A stretch of DNA of 64,000 nucleotides from positions 1-64,000 of the forward strand of contig NIVC01003854.1 in NCBI GenBank assembly GCA_002269645.1. Direction: 5' to 3'. Below are positions 56,146 to 64,000 of this stretch, in pieces (the stretch's first letter is position 1; the number at the start of each line of letters is the position of its first letter). This stretch comes from Macrostomum lignano. Lineage: Eukaryota. The notes under the pieces were generated by a model that was given only the letters and a program-made list of their open reading frames with translations, made no database searches and was not told where the DNA came from. The position numbers and the translations under genes were made by a program.

Positions 56146-57295
56146 TAAAAGTTAGACTGTGACATTCAAATGCTATTGAACTTAGAAGATCCGAAATTAT
56201 CGGGCTCATTTTTTGAATTGTTTACCAAAAACCGAGTCAAATGTACGAGCGTATTCCAAAAATATAGGAAAAGCTGTTTCAATAACTATTAATTATTAAA
56301 ATATTAAAGCAAGCACTAAGAGGAACAGAATGTCAGTTACTCACATCATCAGTTGGTCGCCCATATTGACGAACGCTTGAGTGACTCTCAAGCGGAAGAA
56401 CCTCGCTTCTCGCGATGCCAGGGGACATACACAGCTTCAGATAATGTGCATGCGTTCGACGTAAGTATATGTTTGGGGCTTGAACTTTTATCAGAGCCCA
56501 TGGTCGCTGCAGCAGGATCAGCCATAGAACAGGGTTGTTGATGCTATTTTTATATTTGGTATTTTTATATTTCCAAAGTCGTTTAATAATTCATAAAATT
56601 CGAGTAACTGGCAAAACTATTTGTTAAACTTCCATATTGGAATCCACCTAGCTTTTTCCATCATCCTAATTGAATCAGAAATTCTGCTCGTTATAAAGTA
56701 CCATTAGGTTTTACAGGACTTTTACCATAGAATGCTAAAATATCACACTTTCTTTTTCATAGCAGCATCTTTAGCGACAAGTCATAAATTTCAGTCATAA
56801 AGAAACGCGCGATTTTTGGGACCTCTCTCACAGTTTCTTAGCCAGCTAAGGAAGAATATCGATTCGTGCAGCAAACAATAGGTTTGTCTAAACGCTCATG
56901 CAAGGAAACAGTTCAGGAAATGCTAAAGCAAGTCGCCAGTAGACTATCGCTGCATAGCCGCACAGGAAACATCATTCTGAACACTGATCAAACCAGGCCC
57001 AAAGCATCTTTCCGTAGGCAAGCGAGGAAATGGGAAAGCCTATAGTTTTATCCCAACACCCTCAGCTATTACACACGTCCGCTGTCCTGTCTGCCGGATG
57101 CGAGTTCCATTGTATGTGGCAGAGTTAAGACTAATCGACCGGATATCTCGGGGTGAATTGACACATGGCAGTTGGGGATTGGGCTATACAACATGACTTC
57201 AGAATGTATTTTAACTGCCGCTTGCTCTAGCAGATAGGTCTCACACAAATAAGCAAATCTGTTCATTGGAAAGTTTGCTATCAAAGGTAGCAAAT

Positions 57296-58408
57296 ATGAG
57301 AACTTTGCTGTTGCTATGTTTGTTTGCTCTTGAACTATTCAACTGCTCCGAAGCTCTGCTAGTGAACTTCACAAAGTCAGCACTTTGCCCAATTGCCTCA
57401 AAGCTCAATGAGCTGGACAAAATGGATGGAGCTGCAGACATCAGGGCCTGCTTCGTCGAGTGCGCGATTCGGCGCAACTGTACCGTGCTGTTTCGAAACT
57501 CTTCGTCCAGCTGCTTTCTTGGAACTTCGAATCAGCTCAATGAATTCTTCTCTCCAGTGAATGAATCGGAGTACAACTTGTGCGAGAGTCACGTGAAATG
57601 GCCAATGCTGTTCGTCTATGCGGGGGATGCCACCACTGCGACTACCGAATCACCCACTACAGAAATTCCGGAAAGTTCAACTTCAGAAACATCCACTCAG
57701 ACTGATACTACTCCTGAAACGAATACGAGTATTATTGGACTCAATGTCACTTTGGCTCAGAAGCTGGTCATTCTGCTCGACTTCAGGCAGGGATACACAA
57801 ACCTCGTCGACTCAAGAAAATACTCCGCTTCTCCTAGTGGCTCCGTAACCCGCGACTCCACGGGCGCCAGGTTTTTATCGGATAGTTCTGTTAATTATAT
57901 CGAAGTGGACACTGAATCCAACTCACTTGGGCCCGAATTTCTCGGACAGGACTGCAACTTTACTATTTATGCTCGACTCAAGAGAGACCCCCATCAAGAT
58001 AAGCAGACATATCACTATCTCTACGACTGCTCAAGCACAATTGCCCATGGCGTGTTTGGTATCGATCATGAAAATCTTGAAATCGAGCACTCATTTCCGG
58101 CAGTTTCCGGTCTCGCTAAAACTAAATTGACAATCGAGTCAGATAGGGAAGTCATTGGCAAAGACGACCGATTTCTATCCATTGGTGCCGTGTTCACTGG
58201 TAGCAGTAAAGCCAAGCTGTATCACGACGGCAAAATTCTACGAAAAGTCAACAAGGATTCCGGCGCATATTCCGGGCCCCCTCTGTGCCTGCGTCTTGGG
58301 TACAGCCACGAGTCCTCCGCATTCAAGGGCACTTTCATATGCTACGCGATTGCAAAAGAGGCCCTGACAGAGAGCGAACTGCGGCAGCTGGAGGCATTCT
58401 GCACTTGA
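57296..58408 (+). CDS. Secreted PAN/apple-like + Thr/Ser linker + LamG/ConA-like lectin-fold protein (370 aa, intronless)
   Basis: Signal peptide MRTLLLLCLFALELFNCSEA, PAN-type C...CFVECAIRRNC...CFLG, TTATTESPTT linker, then LVILLDF...YIEV...FTIYARLK...IGAVF...KLYHDG...LRLG...YAIAKEALTESEL (Laminin_G_3-like). Confidence 0.75.
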   Translation: MRTLLLLCLFALELFNCSEALLVNFTKSALCPIASKLNELDKMDGAADIRACFVECAIRRNCTVLFRNSSSSCFLGTSNQLNEFFSPVNESEYNLCESHVKWPMLFVYAGDATTATTESPTTEIPESSTSETSTQTDTTPETNTSIIGLNVTLAQKLVILLDFRQGYTNLVDSRKYSASPSGSVTRDSTGARFLSDSSVNYIEVDTESNSLGPEFLGQDCNFTIYARLKRDPHQDKQTYHYLYDCSSTIAHGVFGIDHENLEIEHSFPAVSGLAKTKLTIESDREVIGKDDRFLSIGAVFTGSSKAKLYHDGKILRKVNKDSGAYSGPPLCLRLGYSHESSAFKGTFICYAIAKEALTESELRQLEAFCT

Positions 58409-58450
58409 GTTTCTCTGTCGTATCGAATCAAGCATTAGATAGAAATCTAT

Positions 58451-58724
<274 letters not shown>

Positions 58725-60159
58725 CTTGCGCTTTGATTTTGGGCGTTCCTAGAAGCCTTTTCGACCAGCTAAAGATTAGCCAATTAAATTTAAGCCCTTA
58801 GTTGACATTGACAATAAATTGAAGGCTAATTTTTAAAAGCTTTACGAGTAAAACCAAAACCCACTGTTTCTCCCACGATTTGATAAAAGAATATAAAAAA
58901 TAGTAACGTTTTCTGGCAGATTTTTTTCAGCCTCTGTGTCATTCAGAACAAATTCCAAATATAAAATATGTTAAAATTATTCAGACAACGGAGTTCAATG
59001 CTTACTTGTGTTTTTGTTTTTTTTGCAGCCATTTTGTAGCAAATAAACTCAGAAAAGTTACTTCCGCCGTGAAAATGGAGCTGGAGATTCCACCAGACGA
59101 AATAAATCTATGGGATTTGCAGAGAGGAAATTGTCATCACACCGAGTCTGCTCACGCACTGCTACGAGCTAATTGGCTTCTTAAATAAACTAAACAATGC
59201 TAATAAGTACGCCATGAAAATCCATGCGGCAAGGACCATAGACACTCGTGCGCTAACTTAATGTTCAGTACATCCTTTTCAGAATCAGTAGCTAACAAGA
59301 GGAGAGTCTGATAGGCCACCTGTGTTTACTGCTCATCATCTGTAGCACGTGACGCTACTCAAGCCGTCATCAGCCTTACGTAAGCTTAAGAAAGTAGCAA
59401 AATTTCCCGAGTTTACAATCTCCAAATTCTACTTTTCTGCCTACCTAGTAGTAGACTTGTAAGACTTGGGTGAGACATGAATTACACAATAGCCCGCTCC
59501 TGCTCTCCTCTCTCCCCTCTTCTTTCCTTTCATCTCGATCGTCTTATCTCCAATTTCTCCTCTCTCCTCTTATCTCTCCATCCAGATACGCATTGTATGA
59601 GTGACTGCTGAGAATCCAGCAACCGGAGCTCACATTAAAAGTATGCCTTACGCACAAGAGCTGCTGCAGTATGTTGCTGCGGATTGGAGGCTCTGGAGTC
59701 CGATGAGCTACTCTGCACCTCGCCCCCCCATATAAAGAGCTTACCACAAAACGATTCACCACTTACCCAAGCACGTGACTGGCAATATTGTTCTAATGGC
59801 TGTTTAGACCAAAGTTTTCTATCCTACTAAAAGTAGGTAGCTATAAGATTTAGATTTTATTAGAGTCGATGCTAGTGCTCCCAAGCACACTTTAGGCGAC
59901 ATGGTCATTTAACACCCATTACTGCCCATTCCACCAACTCTCCTGAGCAGGCACACAAACGTGCGGATGCGTACGCAGTCATACGCACAGGCACACACTC
60001 ACACAGGAGGATACAGCGGCCATAAGTTTATTAACGTTTGGCAAATGGACTTCACTGTGCCTTGTTGGGTTGTTCTTGTTGGGTTGAACTTGGAATCGAG
60101 CCTGGGCCGATATTGCTTTCAAAAAGCTTGATATGCTACGAGCAGTTTCAATCGGTGAT

Positions 60160-60328
60160 GCGGCGATGCAATGCCGCGTTGGTTACTCTCTCGTCACCGA
60201 TCTTGAAGGCGGGGGCGCAGCATGCTAGTGTGCGTCTCTTCAAATTGCTGTTTGAGTGTGTCTGTCAGCGTCCAGGTCTGGTGGTTGTAAAACCTCTACA
60301 GTCTCGATCGCCGTCTGGAACAACGCCG
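60160..60328 (-). mobile_element. Second fragment of the same RTE-clade LINE
   Basis: The reverse strand gcgttgttccagacggcgatcgag...acctggacgctgac...ccgccttcaagatcgg...gtaaccaacgcgg aligns with 25180-25350. Confidence 0.75.
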
Positions 60329-62656
60329 GTGTTAGGCTTTCTGTTCTTCGGGGTCTTAATTTATCCGGGGGACATCGCAAAGCAAAATTATTGTCGCTTT
60401 GCGATAACCTACCCTGGATAATCCAAGGCACAACAAAATCGGGCTTTGAAATCTCCTGGGTCTTAAATTGTCCGGGGTGAATAAAGATTTGGGTGGCAAG
60501 GTGGTCAAGTTATTTTCCTGATAAAGCGCATGTGAATGGAGCAGGACATCATTTCGAGAGAATGGGGCTGACTCAGAGGCCCGGGAAGGGCCCTTAGACA
60601 GGGGAGGGGCAGATAAGGTGCAATCTAAGAATAAATCGATAATGGACTAGCGTCACATTGCTAGCACTACAAGCGTACGTGCAATGAAGATCAGTGTCCG
60701 AGCTAATAGCCCACAAAGGAAAGTGTTGCGCAAATTACGAGTATATTTACACGTAACTTTTAAGATATATAGAGTTTATTTCTTGTCGAAGTTCTACGTT
60801 TAGGAAAATTTATCTCTCTATGGCTTAAGTATCGCTGAACCAAGTGTTTTTTTTATGTTTTGAAGGACGAGTATGTTGAGCTGCCAGAAAATTCCAGTAT
60901 GAAAGAGAGATATAATCTACGCTCGTAAAACTAAAAATCAGAGAAAAGAGCGAAAACTTCACGCTTCATTCAGCGGATCGCCTGTTTTTGATCAAATTAC
61001 ATGTAGATTGGTGAATCAATTAACAGTTTTTTTGGTTGACAATGTATAGTATAAATGCTTTAATTTTACTTCTGTTTGGAGTGTGTGAAATGCAAAATAG
61101 TGATTGAAAATACACTCGGTTAAATAAGCATGACGCAGATGTTTGCCAATTGAAAAAGTAGCAAAAAGTTTTTTCTACTTTGTGAAAACTGATTTCGAAA
61201 TTTTGCTATTTCTATCCCCGGATATCAGTAGCCGGGTGTCCTAAAGCAAACCTCTGTCTCCGCAGACTGACCCTCTCTTTCAACCTACAGTCGGATGTCC
61301 TAAGACAAATTTCCCCTTCTTGTGATCTCCGGGCCGGATAGCAGAGTCAGTGCCGTAGGATGTCCGGGAGAGACATCTCAAAGTGCCTGGACAATGCAAA
61401 GCAGCTCAAGATATCCGGGAAGGAGAAAACAAAGCAGGTTTTTTGCTTGGCAGTATCCGGGCGGATATTTTAAGTGCGTTCGGATATCCGGGCCAAACAA
61501 AAAACCCCGGATAGTGTAAAGTGTAACACCCGCCTCTAACATTCAGGTATAGGGCCTCGGAAAGCAGGACTGCCTTCACCAAAACAAAAGGCAGCCAAAC
61601 CAAGCCCGCAGCGATGCTGCCGCTCCTCGGATAACGTAGAAAACCAGACCAAAACTTCGCCTCTCTAACGTCGCCTTGTTTGTCAGCGACTCAGCATAGA
61701 ATCTCAGTGTCTCAGTGTTAACCCCCAGGTCGATATTCGCTGCAACAGCAACCAGTAGTCCATGTGTTGTTGGGTGCCCTGGGCAGTTAAAAACAGCCAG
61801 GTGAGATCGTCGTTACCGGGTGAATTACCGGTTAACTCTGAGCCGCCTCAACTCAGTCGACCCTCGTATCGTCGCAGCAGAAAGAGATGCGTCGGCATTG
61901 GTGAGGAGACCCAAAGATCCGCAATCTGCAAACCTTGATATGCCAGCACCAGCACCGGTTTCTCACTCCTGTCCACCATTCTGTGCATCGCAGGTCGGAT
62001 AACACTCAGTGATTTCTGTTGATAGGTTATCAAAAAATTCCTTCATTTTCTGCAGGTAAATGTAATGCCTCAGTGTCTGTGGTTAGAATTGGCTATAACT
62101 GTAGTAATTGGTCCACTACCCCTATGGGCGACGAGGTTATATAGTGTGTGAACAACGAAGATTTGATAATAGGTTCTGCCTCAATAATTCTTCGTGACGT
62201 TCCAGCAGGATCCATGGCTCATTGCTCTTGAGTTAGGCTTGCAGACAAAATATATTCTGCTTCGCCGGGCCTGCTTGCAATCATATTTTGTTCTCCGCTC
62301 ACCAAAAAAGAGTTATCCCCGCAAGTATTTTGCATTGTTTCTGAGCTATCCAACGCATCACAGAGTTTTTCATCAGCTTGATTGACAGGTGAATATATGA
62401 ATTGACGAATTAGAACTAGCTGAATGAGGAACTATATAGAAAGCAGTATACCACTTGAGTACAAGACAAGCATTCCTCGGATGAACAGATAGGTGGCAAA
62501 GTAGCGAGGACATCATTCCCAAAGGCTCAGTGTCTTGGCATCTCTGATTGGCTGCAGTGGTACGCCAATGAGCTGCTAATTTCACTGTTTATCATGCAAC
62601 GCAAGTGGTAGGTTGCGACAGAAATCGCTGGTTGATCAAAATAAATCTACGAAACA

Positions 62657-63761
62657 ATGGCTGCTAATCTCATACTGCTGCTGATTCTGTTCTGGTTGAC
62701 TGCCGAAACGTCGGCCAACAACTGCTCGGAGAGTAATCGGGTTCGATTCAAAATCGTGCCAACTTGCCCGGAAATTCAACCATTGCTCTGCTAAAAAAAG
62801 TCCAAGGATTTCGATCGGTAGAAGAATGTGCTTTGGTGTGTGGACTCGATAGCAACTGTTCTGTCATCTTCCGAAGTGAAGACGGCATTTGCTATTTAGG
62901 AAACAGCCAACAAGCTAGTGAACTTATCTCAACGTCGAATTCGTCCATTCCAACCGTTTGTAAAGTCCTTGTCAAAGTTTCCAACAACGGCGATGCACTG
63001 ATAACAACTGAAACAACTGTAGCCCCTGTGACGACAACTCTGAGTCAATCTGCGGCCACAACAATCAATGCGGCAGTCCAGGGCCTGGGCACTCTGGCCT
63101 CAAAGCTGGTCATCCTGTTCGACTTCAGGCAGGGCTACACAAACCTTGTCAATCCTGCAAAGTACGCCGCCAGTCCCCACGGTGCCGTCAGTCAAAACGG
63201 CGAGGGAGTCACCTTCCCTGGTGGAAACAATAACGATTATATCGAAGTTGACACCGATGGTAACACCCTGGCGTCCACTTATCTGAGTCACACGAACTCG
63301 TTCACGTTCTACGTGAGACTCATGCGAAACGACCCAAACCACCAGACCTATCACTACTTTCATGACTGTTCCACGTCGGCTCTTAATCGGGGAGAGTTCA
63401 GCGACAACGGAGGACGACTTCGGGTTGTGCACGCCTTCCCAGCTGCCGCAAACCAAAACAATTACCAGTTGCTTCGCGAATCAATCAGCAATGTGTTTTT
63501 GAACGATAATAGTTTACAACCGGCTTCTGTGGCAGCCGTGTTTGTTGGCAACACCCTGAGCAAATTCTACAAAGATGGCGCGTTTCTGCAAACTCCTAAC
63601 CTCAGTCCAGCACTTACTCTGGAGCTCCGCTTTGCCTGCGTCTGGGCTATCATAGCAGTTCATCTCACGCCCTTCGGGGTCGCTTCATCTGCTATGCCGT
63701 CGCCAAGGAGGCTCTTACAGTCACTGAGCTCCTGCAGTTGGAGAACTTGTGCGGAACTTGA
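62657..63761 (+). CDS. Paralog of the PAN + LamG-like secreted protein, about 368 aa, with two apparent 1-bp deletions (near 62767 and 63600); pseudogene or assembly errors
   Basis: Signal peptide MAANLILLLILFWLTAETSA in one frame, body in ORF 62764 (ECALVCGLDSNC...CYLG; KLVILFDFRQGYTNLV; YIEVDT), and C-terminus YSGAPLCLRLGYH...FICYAVAKEALTVTELLQLENLC in a third frame, all collinear with 57296-58408. Confidence 0.75.
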
Positions 63762-64000
63762 CATCCGAATGCAGCAGAGGCACAAAAATTGTTGCTTTAC
63801 TAACGAGTAAAACTGAAAAGCTTTTTGTAGTTGCCTTTTAGGCTTCAATCTGCTTTACTTAACAAATCAGACACAAAGCCGGAACTATTGAGCAACCATC
63901 CTGTGTTGCTTCTTGGTCAAACAAAGTTACTTTTAAGATCTACATCCTACGACCTTGTAAAGAAAATTCGAATAAATTTTTCCTTCCTGGAAAATACTGA

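Noticed and set aside
61200-61530. CCGGATA/TATCCGG repeat cluster (similar at 60355-60480)
   Set aside because: Probably MITE subterminal remnants, but TIR and TSD could not be defined.

Overview
Eukaryotic (metazoan) genomic DNA with GC-rich exons, AT-rich spliceosomal introns and many repeats. The style suggests a flatworm such as Macrostomum, but that is inference only. No prokaryotic features or CRISPR were found. (1) 0.95-13.4 kb holds a head-to-head pair of NWD1/NWD2-like STAND NTPase genes. The - strand gene is full length (8 exons, about 2035 aa: DUF4062-like N-domain, NACHT ATPase, winged helix, long divergent beta-propeller-like region, C-terminal Dpy-30-type docking motif). The + strand mini-paralog (6 exons, about 485 aa) keeps the N-domain and Dpy-30 motif but lacks the NACHT and most of the sensor region. 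(2) 14.6-19.8 kb is an internally deleted Mag-like Ty3/Gypsy element with both LTRs and a 5-bp TSD, nested in a decayed CsRn1-like Gypsy. (3) 20-35 kb contains LINE fragments, MITEs and an almost CpG-free stretch of about 4 kb. (4) 35.8-46.7 kb has four co-oriented genes (BOD1-like, COX8, STK16 with an antisense intronic tRNA-Gly(GCC), and THG1). (5) 47.6-54.2 kb has three paralogous exons for small Cys-rich single-pass membrane proteins among minisatellites and SINEs. (6) 57.3-63.8 kb has two intronless secreted PAN/apple + LamG-like paralogs. Exon models were built by eye from GT/AG sites and reading-frame continuity; no database searches were run.
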